This document shows positions 11,437 through 22,200 of a DNA stretch of 46,602 nucleotides, piece after piece. The stretch's first letter is position 1; each line of letters begins with the position of its first letter. The translations under genes were made by a program, and so were the position numbers. Below the pieces are notes generated by a model. The model saw only the letters and a list, made by a program, of their open reading frames with translations, had not been told where the DNA came from and did no database searches. Source of the DNA: Octopus bimaculoides (taxonomy: Eukaryota); assembly GCF_001194135.2 (NCBI RefSeq), contig NC_068987.1:38129132-38175733 (forward strand). Direction: 5' to 3'.

Positions 11437-11650
11437 GCGGCGAGCTGGCAGAATCATTAGCACGCCGGGCGAAATGCTTAGCGGTATTTCGTCTGTCGCT
11501 ACGTTCTGAGTTCAAATTCCGCCGAGGTCGACTTTGCCTTTCATCCCTTTCAGGGTCGATAAATTAAGCACCAGTTGCGTACTGGATTGATCTAATCAAC
11601 TGGCCCCCTTCCCCTACAAGTTTCAGGTATTGTGCCTGTAGTAAAAAAGA
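11437..11650 (+). mobile_element. tRNA-derived SINE, family A
   Basis: GCGGCGAGCTGGCAGAATCATTAG...GAGTTCAAATTCCGCCGAGGTCGACTTTGCCTTTCATCC. Confidence 0.9.
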
Positions 11651-11883
11651 TTATCATTGTAGTAATAGCATATGAACCAACCCGCCTAGAGCAAAATATG
11701 GCTGAACTTGGGTTCGTGGGGAAAGATGACATGCGTTTACATGTTTTGCAACCTCCTAATTATTTGATTTGTTTATTGTTTTTAATTTTTGTGTGACGTA
11801 GGTATGTATGTATGTTTGTTTGTTTGTACACGCATGCATGTATGTATGGAAGTTAATATGTATATAACTTTATATGTCTACAG

Positions 11884-12014
11884 TTATCAGCCTTACATTG
11901 GTGTGCCGCCTCTGTGAAACCGTACAAAGCATCTAAGTCACAGTCTTTATTTGCTTCAGTACTGATGGTGTCTTTCTTCCTATGCTGCCTTCCAATAGGT
12001 TATGTTATTTGCAA
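11884..12014 (+). CDS. TMC: TMC coding exon (KAS motif, TM9)
   Basis: Acceptor gtctacag| and donor |gtaagt, phase 0-2. Encodes LSALHWCAASVKPYKASKSQSLFASVLMVSFFLCCLPIGYVIC(K), matching C.P...F[RK]AS.S..FF. Confidence 0.92.
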
Positions 12015-12056
12015 GTAAGTATATCATATTGTTTCATTAATTTTTGCGTTGGCTCT

Positions 12057-12430
12057 AGGCGGCGAGCTGGCAGAAAAGTTAGCACGCCGGGCGAAATGGT
12101 CAGCGGTATTTCGTCTGCCGTTACGTTCTCAGTTCAAATTCCGCCGAGGTCGACATCCTTTCGGGGTCGATAAATTAAGTACCAGTTACGCACTGGGGTC
12201 GATATAATCGACTTAATCCGTTTGTCTGTCCTTGTTTGTCCCTTCTGTGTGTAGCCCTTTGTGGGCAGTAAAGAAATAAGAAACGTTAGAACGCCAGGCG
12301 AAATGCTTAGTCTGTCTTTACGTTGTTAGTTCAAATTCCGCCGAGATCGACTTTGCCTTTCATCCTTTTGGGATCGATATATTAAGCACTAGTTGTGTAA
12401 ATATTTCGGGCCTTGTGCTTAGAGTAGAAA
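12057..12430 (+). mobile_element. Family A SINE, full-length (12057-12280), followed by a 5'-truncated second copy
   Basis: Complete head, body and AAGAAATAAG tail, then a partial repeat of the body. Confidence 0.88.
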
Positions 12431-12744
12431 AGAATTTTTGTGTTGGCTCTGACAGTTGTAGGACAAAAACTGAGGGACTGAGAGATAGCAGTGATAGTAA
12501 TGGACGCTGATAATAATAATGTTTGTGTTAGTCGATGTAGGAATGCAATATTGGTCATGGTATATGCAGTGTACAAGAGTGTGTATTTCGTGCGTGCTGG
12601 CATTAAGGAAATACATTTCAGAGATGTCCAAATGATGCTTGTATTACAACGTTGCTTGAAATTGTAGTGCATGAACCTCGCTGACTAAAATTGGAGCATG
12701 CACATTCATATATATATCACTTGACTGTTGCTAATAATCTTTTC

Positions 12745-13465
12745 AAGGTCTGAGAATTTGGGGGAGGGGCTAGTCAATTACATCTACCCCAGTACGTATC
12801 TGGTACTTATTTCGTTCACTCCAAAAGGATGAACGGATCTTTTTTAAAACGGGGGCCACATTTTTCATTAATGTTTTACGTAGTGTTTTTGGTAGCGAAA
12901 GACTTTCAAACTTCGTATCTATTTTGTGTTATAGAACAGAAAAATATTTTTGTATTCGAATTTATTTCATGTAAAAAATTGTCTTATTTCGATAATTTCA
13001 ACCAATCACTGACAAGTATTCAGTTGTTTACATTTACTCCTTTGGCTCACTAAGCGATGTAAAGCGTATTTAATCTCCATACCTTCGTTTTATTTGCTTT
13101 TTTCATTTTAAATTTGCTTTAACCCTAACCCTAACCCTAACCCTAACCCTAACCCTAAGGTTAGGGTTAGGGTTAGAGTTAGGTTTAGGGTTAGGGTTAA
13201 TTGTTTCAGAATCGTTTGTTTATGTAGTCGGCACTTAATGTATATCGGCTGAATGGACGTCAGTGATTGGTTGAAATTACAGAAATACGACAACTTTAAC
13301 ATGGAATAATTTATGGATTTCTTTTTTTTTTAAGAAGACTAAGAGAAAAAGATGTTTTATATGACACATTCTACCAGTGTTCCAAGTTTCAAAGTGTTTC
13401 GTTAATGAAAAATGTGGCCCCCGTTTTAAAAAAGATCAGGATGAACGATAAAGTCGACCTCAGCA
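12745..13465 (-). mobile_element. Family A SINE split by a MITE insertion
   Basis: ...CCAAAAGGATGAAC at 12834 resumes as GGATGAACGATAAAGTCGACCTC at 13439. Confidence 0.75.
12835..13438 (+). mobile_element. Merlin-like non-autonomous DNA transposon (MITE) with central (CCCTAA)n(TTAGGG)n palindrome
   Basis: 37-bp TIR GGATCTTTTTTAAAACGGGGGCCACATTTTTCATTAA (terminal base mismatched on the right) and 8-bp TSD GGATGAAC. GG termini plus an 8-bp TSD fit Merlin. Second copy at 39112-39678. Confidence 0.85.
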
Positions 13466-14830
13466 AAAGGTTGTTGGTAATAATACTGAAAACGTGTTGG
13501 TTGGATTCTTGGCATTAGCAACGTAAAATGCAAAAATTACTTTTAACCGGGAATTGAAGCTGGTTTGCCTATTTCATTCACTGCACTATTATCCTATGAT
13601 GTACCATGTTTCATTGATAGTGATTATTTATCCTCACTTAAAAGTGGGCGTTCTTTTATACTACGGTAGACAACTGTGCAAGAAATTCTCATGGTATCTG
13701 CCACTGTATAAATTGTTCTAAGAGAACATCCACATTTAGAAGGGATAAATATTAGCTCTCGGTATTAATACTGTCTCTGTCACTAGTATATATTACATGG
13801 TGAGCAAGAGAAATAATATTCTTAACATTGTAAACCTGAAAAATTACAGGACAAGTTGTTACACTTTGAAAAGTTCAGGACAATTTATTACATCTAGTAA
13901 AGTACAGAACCAAAAAATTTTTACTTAAAATATTGCAGCTAAGGATAAAATTTCAAATAAATATTTAGAGTTAGAAAATATTAGCTTTTATTAAAACTAA
14001 AAATTTCATTACAAGTTATTACTTGTATTTATTACTCAATTCTTTTATGCCAAAATATAGCTAGGGACCAGTCCGCTTTAAAAATGTTAACAGTCTTTAA
14101 TTTGGTTAAGAACTGAATTAGCAACAGACTTTGAAAGATGCTGCATGTGAGTAAATTGCAGCCTTAAGAATATTATTCTACTACAGTTGTAGTTGAATGA
14201 TAGATAGTAATTATGCTTAAAAATAGTTTGCATCTGAAATGTATTTATCTTCTTAACTTGTTTCATTTATAGATAAATTACTTTGTAAAAAGTTTTGTCA
14301 ATATTTTTTCCAAACAGAATAATAGAATCAATGCTAGTTGGCATTTGATAGTCTTTCTCTTCAATCATTTTCTATTGACTGTGTCACCTTAAATTTGGGA
14401 GAACTGTAAATTAAGTGTAGATTTTAAAGGGATGGTGATTTAAGAAAAGTAGTTTTCTTATTTAAATGAAAAATATTTACAGAGGCTACAGTGAAAATAT
14501 ATCTTCACAACCTGATATTAAGCATTACATAACTCTGAATCAATGTTAAAAATTGACTGTCACCACTAGAGAAGAGACATGTCAGATAAAATGTTACAGT
14601 TGTTTACATTGTAGGTTCAAATCCTGCTGAGGTGGGTTTTAGGTTGTTTTTTTTAAATTTTTGCTCATCATAAGCTAAATACCAACAACACTAATCATGT
14701 TGATTACAAAGACCTTAACCTTTTCTTACAATGAATGTCTTTGTGGTAAAGTTTAGAAATTAATTTTACAGTGAACACTCTCACATGGCAGCAGAGAGGA
14801 AACAGAATTTGAGAGTGGCAATGGGGTGCC

Positions 14831-14958
14831 AGTGGAGTGAAAATAGAATGTGGTAATGGTGTGACAGTGGAGTGGAAATAGAATGTGGTAATGGTGTGAT
14901 AGTGGCATGGAAATAGAATGTGGTAATGGTGTGACAGTGGAGTGGAAACAGAATGTGG
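14831..14958. repeat. 35-bp minisatellite, about 3.5 copies
   Basis: AAATAGAATGTGGTAATGGTGTGACAGTGGAGTGG units start at 14841, 14876, 14911 and 14946. Confidence 0.9.
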
Positions 14959-15458
14959 TGGAGGGGCATTGGAGAGGTGATAGAATGTGGGACTAGAACA
15001 TGAGAGTAGAGTGTAACAATGAAACAGTAGTGGAGTGTAGAAGTGAGTGACAATGGTTTGACAGTGGAATGTGATAGCTAAGTAGCAGTGAGCAGATAAT
15101 GGTATGACTGCAGAATGACACTCAAGTGTAGCAGTTGAATAGTACTTGACTAGAGTGACAGTATTTATATTCCACATACATTCTAGGAAAATTATTGCCA
15201 AAGTAGACTTAGCATTTAATTTTTATGAGCTTTGTCAATCTTGATTGAGTAAGAATTACAGTCAAAGAAATTCTAGCAATGACTATCTCATCTATCTCAT
15301 CCTACAATTCTGCACTCCTTATTTAAAATGATGGAGAATTGGTTGTTATTTCTAGCAATCCGGGTGCTATTTGATTAAATGGGATAAACAGAATCTCCTT
15401 TCTACTGCAACTAGATATTTGACCCTTTGTCACAAAATATTTTTATTATTTATTGCAG

Positions 15459-15614
15459 AGTTCCACCATCCCGAAGTTGTGGTCCATTCCGTATTTATAA
15501 ATACATGTATGAAATTTTAACAGTTACCTTGGAGTTCTGGCCTATTTCAGCAGCAATAACAATCAGTTTTCTTACATCGGGAGCCTTTGTTCTCACAATG
15601 ATCATAGTATTACT
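15459..15614 (+). CDS. TMC: TMC coding exon (CGPF motif, start of TM10)
   Basis: Acceptor ttattgcag| and donor |gtaagt, phase 2-2. Encodes VPPSRSCGPFRIYKYMYEILTVTLEFWPISAAITISFLTSGAFVLTMIIVL(L). P.PS..CGPF is diagnostic of TMCs. Confidence 0.95.
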
Positions 15615-17781
15615 GTAAGTAGAATATTTTTTTCTGTATCTCATTTCTGCTTTTGATCTTCTTACAATATATTGTGGGCCATGGCTGATAGATCTGATTA
15701 ACTTTAAAAAAATCTTTATCGTATGCCTTTACAATTTTGCTATTGAATTGCAACTGTTCATTGTCAATCAACATTCATTTACGTTTCACATGCATTATTA
15801 TAGCCACTTCACCTTGTCAGTACTTCGCACAGAGAAAAACAAGTTTTGTTCATTAGGTAATCAACAGTATTTTTAAGAATCAATAGTAATCAGATATACT
15901 ACCTGTCCTATGACAAAATCCAAAAAGCATTTTTTCACAATATGGGAAAATGGTAGACAGTAAGAGATGTAGTAGTCAAAATCACAAGACAATTTATCAA
16001 ACAGGACCTAAAATTTGTGTTTCTGTTGATAAATAGCAAAAAATACGGAAAATACAATAAGAAGAATTAATTAAACTGTGAACATTGAAGAAATTAGATT
16101 TTCAAAAATATCAAAAGTTTTGCTAAAAATTAATAAGTTGTCTTCAAATGAAATGGCGGTGGAACAAATAATATCTTTCATTCATGATTCGAATGCTTCA
16201 TTCAATGGTTTTATTTCCCTCTCTTCTCTTCAATGTGAAAGTTTGCTAATTTTTTCAACACTGGCTCAACACTTTGCTAAGCAATGCATGGTTTATTAGA
16301 ATGTCGTGGATGGCAGAATCGGTAAAACACGAAACAAAATGTCACGTATGCATATTTACTTGCATACAATTAGGTCCTGGGTTCAGATCCTACTAAGATC
16401 AATAACATAAGCACAAAATATTTCATCTTTATTCAAATTTCTCTGCCTATATTAGAAATATATATTTAGTTTCAGTTTTAATGTTAAAAATTTTCATGTA
16501 TTAATTAGGCACACTAGTTCATGAGGTTGTGGTTGTGTTATGATTAACATGCTGAATAATCAGCAGGAGAAAGAATTATCTTCAGCATTGCTTATTAATA
16601 ACACTAAATATTTTTATATAGATAATGTACATTTTGTTCTATGCAAGTTATGTGTGTGTGTGAATAAATAATGAAATTATTGAAAAATGAGAGCTGAAGT
16701 ATTTAATACAAAGAGGTAAAATAGCCTCTGGTTACAACAAAAATAAACCAAGCAATGAAAATTATCCTTGGGTCTAAATAAACTTAGCCCTCAGGTGTAA
16801 CAAGATATATAATTTCAGAGAGCTGAATTCCAGAGATTTTAAAAGCTATTTAAAAAGTTCTAGAATGTTCCATGAAATTTTTAGGGGCAAAAATTTACCT
16901 TTTCTCTTAAACAGCCAATACCTGTCAAATACTGGTGATGGGCAGGAAAAATTCAGTAGGTTTTATAAGAGAGTTCAGGAATATAGTCTTATAAATATAA
17001 ATAAACTCTAGTCAACATTACCAGATATAAATTATTATTTGGTTGTGGCAATTACCTATGGTCAACAATATCGAATATAACAATATAATTTACCATGTGG
17101 CTTTGGCTTTCAAACATAAACATTCTATGTTCAAATTAGAGGAAGACTACCTGTTACAATTAATGAGGCACACTAGTTAGTAAGGTGTACTAGTTAATGT
17201 TGCATACAAATTAATGAGACACACTAATGAGACACTACTTAACGAAGTACTAAAGTTAATAAGAGGCATTATGATCTTTGCCTGGTATATTCCAGTGACA
17301 ACATCACATTTGAATAATCAGATGATGAAAAACTTCAAACAAAAGACATCTTTTTCAAAACAAAACAAAAGGGATGTAAATAAAAGTAACTTTTGTATAA
17401 GGCCATGATGGTTGGTGTGTTCAGGGGTGAAACGAATTTAATAAATCCCTGTTTTTAACCAGTAGGTGTTTATACATTGTAAAACACGAAGAGCAATGTT
17501 AACTTCAGCGGGACAGAAGCAAGGTATTTAGACCAGCACTCTATAGTCTGTGCCAGTCCACTAATATTTTTTAAAAACTATTGGCAGTATAACAATCACA
17601 CAATAACAATGGTTTCATTCATAATATTTTACATAATTTATATGAATGATTTCTTAAAATGAGATTTGGTGTGTATTATATACTATACATTATGCGTCTT
17701 TACTGTGTTATTTACAGATATAATCTGTAAAGATATATAAAGAGAAATTGGTATATAAAGCTATACATATGTGTATATATA

Positions 17782-18124
17782 TATATATATATCATCATCA
17801 TCATCATCGTTTAACGTCCGCTTTCCATGCCAGCATGGGTTGGACGATTTGACTGAGGACTGATTAAACCGGATGGCAACACCAGGCTCCAATCTAAATT
17901 TGGCAGAGTTTCTACAGCTGGATGCCCTTCCTAACGCCAACCACTCAGAGAGTGTAGTGGGTGCTTTTACGTGTCACCCGCACGAAAACGGTCACGCTCG
18001 AAATGATGTCTTTTATGTGCCGCCCGCACAAGAGCCAGTCCAGGGGCCCTGGCAACGATCTCACTTGGCTTGCCGGGTCTTCTCACGCACAGCACATTTC
18101 CAAAGGTCTCGGTCAGTAGTCATC
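17782..18124 (-). mobile_element. 3' end of an RTE-type LINE or derived SINE with (ATG)n tail
   Basis: (CAT)n followed by CGTTTAACGTCCGCTTTCCATGC...GGATGCCCTTCCTAACGCCAAC, a common RTE-related 3' module. It runs into an N gap. Confidence 0.6.
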
Positions 18125-18788
18125 NNNNNNNNNNNNNNNNNNNNNNNNNNNNNNNNNNNNNNNNNNNNNNNNNNNNNNNNNNNNNNNNNNNNNNNNNNNN
18201 NNNNNNNNNNNNNNNNNNNNNNNNNNNNNNNNNNNNNNNNNNNNNNNNNNNNNNNNNNNNNNNNNNNNNNNNNNNNNNNNNNNNNNNNNNNNNNNNNNNN
18301 NNNNNNNNNNNNNNNNNNNNNNNNNNNNNNNNNNNNNNNNNNNNNNNNNNNNNNNNNNNNNNNNNNNNNNNNNNNNNNNNNNNNNNNNNNNNNNNNNNNN
18401 NNNNNNNNNNNNNNNNNNNNNNNNNNNNNNNNNNNNNNNNNNNNNNNNNNNNNNNNNNNNNNNNNNNNNNNNNNNNNNNNNNNNNNNNNNNNNNNNNNNN
18501 NNNNNNNNNNNNNNNNNNNNNNNNNNNNNNNNNNNNNNNNNNNNNNNNNNNNNNNNNNNNNNNNNNNNNNNNNNNNNNNNNNNNNNNNNNNNNNNNNNNN
18601 NNNNNNNNNNNNNNNNNNNNNNNNNNNNNNNNNNNNNNNNNNNNNNNNNNNNNNNNNNNNNNNNNNNNNNNNNNNNNNNNNNNNNNNNNNNNNNNNNNNN
18701 NNNNNNNNNNNNNNNNNNNNNNNNNNNNNNNNNNNNNNNNNNNNNNNNNNNNNNNNNNNNNNNNNNNNNNNNNNNNNNNNNNNNNNNN

Positions 18789-18823
<35 letters not shown>

Positions 18824-18884
18824 TATAAAGATACACAAGATATATTGATATATTACATAGAGTTTTATTCCTTTTGCTTTTCAG

Positions 18885-18963
18885 ATTGTTTCTCTATTAT
18901 TTCTATAAGAAAATTGTTTCTCAAAGTGAATCTATCAAAATACTGTCTAACAAACTGAATTCA
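18885..18963 (+). CDS. TMC: TMC coding exon (end of TM10, amphipathic helix)
   Basis: Acceptor cttttgcttttcag| and donor |gtaagt, phase 2-0. Encodes (L)LFLYYFYKKIVSQSESIKILSNKLNS. Confidence 0.88.
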
Positions 18964-19214
18964 GTAAGTACCGTCTAAATTATATTGTATTATGTTACAG
19001 AATGACCAGCCGAAAGATCTGGCATCTGAATCTTGACTCCACCTAACTCGGGCCTCGGATGCTACACTGCGTTATGTTACAAGTGAACATTTTTAGCAAC
19101 ACTGCCATATCTGCATCAATGCATATTGAAATAACTAACTCACAAATTGATAATGGCACTTTGTTGTGAATGGTTATTTTATGTGTTTATGCTTTCCAAG
19201 TTCTCCTTTTTTGA

Positions 19215-19655
19215 ATATGTATTTGCTGACTGTGTTGGATATGTATCACTTAGCTGCTGAACATTCGAAGTCACTGTTTCGTCCTTCACCAAGCAGCTTC
19301 TTGGTAAAACCAGAGTGGTTCGAAAGGAAGACTGCACGCTGTTTTGCCCCTTTTCTACTTCATCTTCTGTGCCCTTCTACTCTATGGAGAGAGATCAACT
19401 ACTTTTCTAGAATGTCTCACAGCTCTGCATGTGGTTGACATTCCTTTTCACGGGCTCCCTTGTATTGCTTCTTGAGGGGCCTCAATTCCTACTGAAGTTA
19501 TATTTTGGTAGGTCCGCGGTTTTGGCTATGAGGCTTTTTGTTATTTCCTACTTCTGTGCTGTTGAATCTGACAGACACAAAGCTAACAATGATTGTTGTC
19601 ATTGCCTTCAGTTAACTGTCAGCATATCTTCTTCAAACTGCAGTCAAACTGTTGT
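19215..19655 (-). mobile_element. Fragment of a HERO-like RLE non-LTR retrotransposon
   Basis: Minus strand reads HRVEGHRR*SRKGAKQRAVFLSNHSGFTKKLLGEGRNSDFECS, resembling the pre-RT motif RAE.HRRR..ERARKR.AF..NPF.FTK.LLG.KRSG.L.CS as I recall it. Confidence 0.6.
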
Positions 19656-19960
19656 GTTCCCTCACATACTCATATGGTAGTTCATTACCTCACATACCTC
19701 TACAGTAGTTCATCACTAAACATGCCTCTATAGTAATTCTTTCCCTAACATAATTACTTATCAGTCTGTCCTCAAACATGCCCTTGTAGTAGTTCTCCTT
19801 ACATATCATGTAGTAATCCAACCCATAATATACCTATATAGTAGTCCCTCCCATAATATATTCTACATTACTTTAGTTTATCTAACACCATTATATTGTA
19901 CTGCCACCCTGTACCTATATAGCAGTTCATCCTTTAACATACCCATATATTTACAGTTGT
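19655..19960. repeat. Degenerate ~28-bp minisatellite
   Basis: Repeated CCTCACATACCTCTA(C/T)AGTAGTTCAT-like units. Confidence 0.55.
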
Positions 19961-20911
19961 TTGTTCCATAACATACTTATTGTCATTGATTCCCTTTAAA
20001 ACCAACAGTTAGAAGTGCAGAGGTTATATTGTTAAGAATTTCGCTTTCTGCCTAAATGAGTAAATTCTAGACATACTTAGAGAAAGGTGTGTGGTTTTAA
20101 TGCCGTCCAGTGAACTTTTGTCACATAAATGCTTAGAGTGGTACCTAATATCATATACAGTTATACCATCCATTTTTCTTTGTTCCAGACCCTTATTAGA
20201 TTATCTTTTGCCACATTAAAAGTTGAATACCCAAAAGACTATTGCTGTGTTTTAAATAACATTTTCGTTACTAAATCTTCATGAGACACCTTTGTTTATG
20301 CACAATAAAGCTGGAAACATTCTCCCAACACTTCAATTATTATAATATGAAGAGCAAACATTTAAAATAAAATTTAATACCACACCCTAATCAATGAGGG
20401 CCCACCAGAACTCCTCTTGAAACATAACTTTGAAAGGAATATTTTTACCTTTTTGTCTTTCATGCTGTATTCTCTGTAATGAAATTAAGTTGTCTATTAA
20501 TTTACTTTCCACAAAGACAGGATCTTTAAGGGGCAAGAATGTGGTTTTAGATTTGGTTATAAACATTTGCAGCTTCATATTGTTATGGTGAGCTACAAAG
20601 GGAGCTTTTCTGCTTTTAGGATATGTTACTAGTCAATAAATAAATGTCTGTCATGGAAAATTGATAGCGAAAAAATTAATAATGATTTCGGAAAATTTAA
20701 TTGTCCTCACATAATTAAGTCCAAGTTAAAATATCTTTTCATCAGTTACTGGAAAATTAGTTGCATACTTGTATATTAAAATCTTAGCTGTTAATTTATA
20801 GTTTATATGTTTTAAGAAAAAGAACAACAGTAAAATAGTCTAAATTCTATTTCAGAGATATTTGTATTATCTGAAAACATTCATGAAATTCAACTGTTTT
20901 ACATTTGATAG

Positions 20912-21043
20912 GAGCGCAAGGAAAAATATTACTTCATGGTGGAAGCAAGTAAATCGTTGAAACAAGGTCAAGAAAACAGGGAACACCCAACACAAGCTAG
21001 AGAACCTGACTCAATTGAAGTGCTCGGCGAGAACAAATCTTGA
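20912..21043 (+). CDS. TMC: TMC terminal coding exon
   Basis: Acceptor tttgatag|, phase 0. Encodes ERKEKYYFMVEASKSLKQGQENREHPTQAREPDSIEVLGENKS*. ERKEKYYF matches the TMC E..DK..L motif. The six exons total 673 nt and are in frame. Confidence 0.85.
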   Translation, partial: ERKEKYYFMVEASKSLKQGQENREHPTQAREPDSIEVLGENKS

Positions 21044-21087
21044 ATCAGAAATTGCAACTATTATTAATGTTGTTGTTATGTTTATCA

Positions 21088-21122
<35 letters not shown>

Positions 21123-21135
21123 TATTGTGTTTATT

Positions 21136-21345
21136 AAGGTAATGAGCTGGCAAAATCGTTAGCATGCTGGTCAAAATGCTGAGCAGCATTTCGTCTGTCT
21201 TTACGTTCTGAGTTCAAATTCTGCTGAGGTTGACTTTGCCTTTCATCCTTTCGAGATCGATAAAATAAGTACCAGTTGAGCGCTGGTGTCGATGTAATTG
21301 ATTTACCCCTCCCTTGAACTTCTTGGCCTTGTGCCAAGATTTGAA
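21136..21345 (+). mobile_element. Family A SINE in the presumptive TMC 3'UTR
   Basis: AAGGTAATGAGCTGGCAAAATCGTTAG...GAGTTCAAATTC...CCTTTCATCC. Confidence 0.85.
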
Positions 21346-21429
21346 ATCATTGTTATTATTGTTGTTGTTAACAGTACCAATTGAAATGCCACAATTATTT
21401 TGAAAACTATAAGATGATTGGATTCATGA

Positions 21430-21435
21430 AATAAA
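21430..21435 (+). promoter_or_regulatory. Candidate polyadenylation signal for TMC
   Basis: AATAAA followed by a T-rich tract, about 390 bp after the stop codon. Position only. Confidence 0.3.
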
Positions 21436-21837
21436 CTTCTTTCAATTTTTTTTTTTTTTGACATTTTATTTTTTAGATGGTATAAAAGTCCTCATAGATA
21501 GGACTGAATGTACATTCTTTGCGATATCTCTGAAAGCTATATTCCTTGTACAGATGTCACCTTTTCTATCTATTATTTTTCACTTTACATCAAGAAGTAA
21601 ACAACCTTAACCACAAAACAAAACTGAGGAGACAAGTAATCAGCAGTATTATTCCGCTACTGTATGATTACATTGTTAAAGCTTTAACAAATCTTAATAC
21701 ACTGTATTACATCCATATTTTCGTATTAAAGAAATGTTCATAGGGCTGGACGTGAACCCACTACCCCAGTGAATGAAGTGTAGTAACTGCCCGATTTAGT
21801 TGTGGATTCTAGAAATACCCTTAGGCCAATTGTGACT

Positions 21838-22200
21838 TTGTGGTGTGAAGATTTCTTTCGGACCACATGGTTCCAGGTTCAGTCCCACTGCATGGCATTT
21901 TGGGCAAGTGTCTTCTACTATAGCCTCTGGCCTACCAAAGTATTGTGAGTGGATTTGGTTGACAGAAACTGAAAGAAGCCCATCATATATATAAATGGGT
22001 GTGTGTGTGTATTTATCCTCCACCATCAATTGGTAACAGGTGTTGGTTTGTTTACGTCCCTGTAACCTTGCAGTTTGGCAAGAAGAGACAGATAGAATAA
22101 GTACCACGCTTAAAGAAGCAAAGAACTGGGGTCGATTCATTTGACTAAAAAGCTCTTCAAGCGGTGCCCACAGTCAAGTAGCTAAGACAGATAAAATATA
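21838..22200 (+). mobile_element. tRNA-derived SINE, family B (CORE-like), with a second partial copy at ~22215-22370
   Basis: GGTTCAGTCCCACTGC..GGCATTTTGGGCAAGTGTCTTCTACTATAGCC...TTGTGAGTGGATTTGG...GAAACTGAAAGAAGCCC. Confidence 0.8.

Noticed and set aside
10389-11460. Long ORFs spanning N-runs (also 17873-18958, 29034-29621, 30729-31654, 32471-33064, 36396-37043)
   Set aside because: Their length comes from untranslatable Ns. The flanks are repeats or microsatellites.
13123-13198. Ancient telomere-telomere chromosome fusion site
   Set aside because: The orientation is CCCTAA then TTAGGG, opposite to a fusion, and the array lies inside a multicopy MITE with TSDs.
14704-15201. 165-aa His/Pro-rich minus-strand ORF
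   Set aside because: Produced by the 35-bp minisatellite.
16078-16299. 73-aa ORF and 17214-17408 ORF as candidate TMC exons
   Set aside because: No TMC similarity or matching phases. The exon at 18885 fits directly after 15614.
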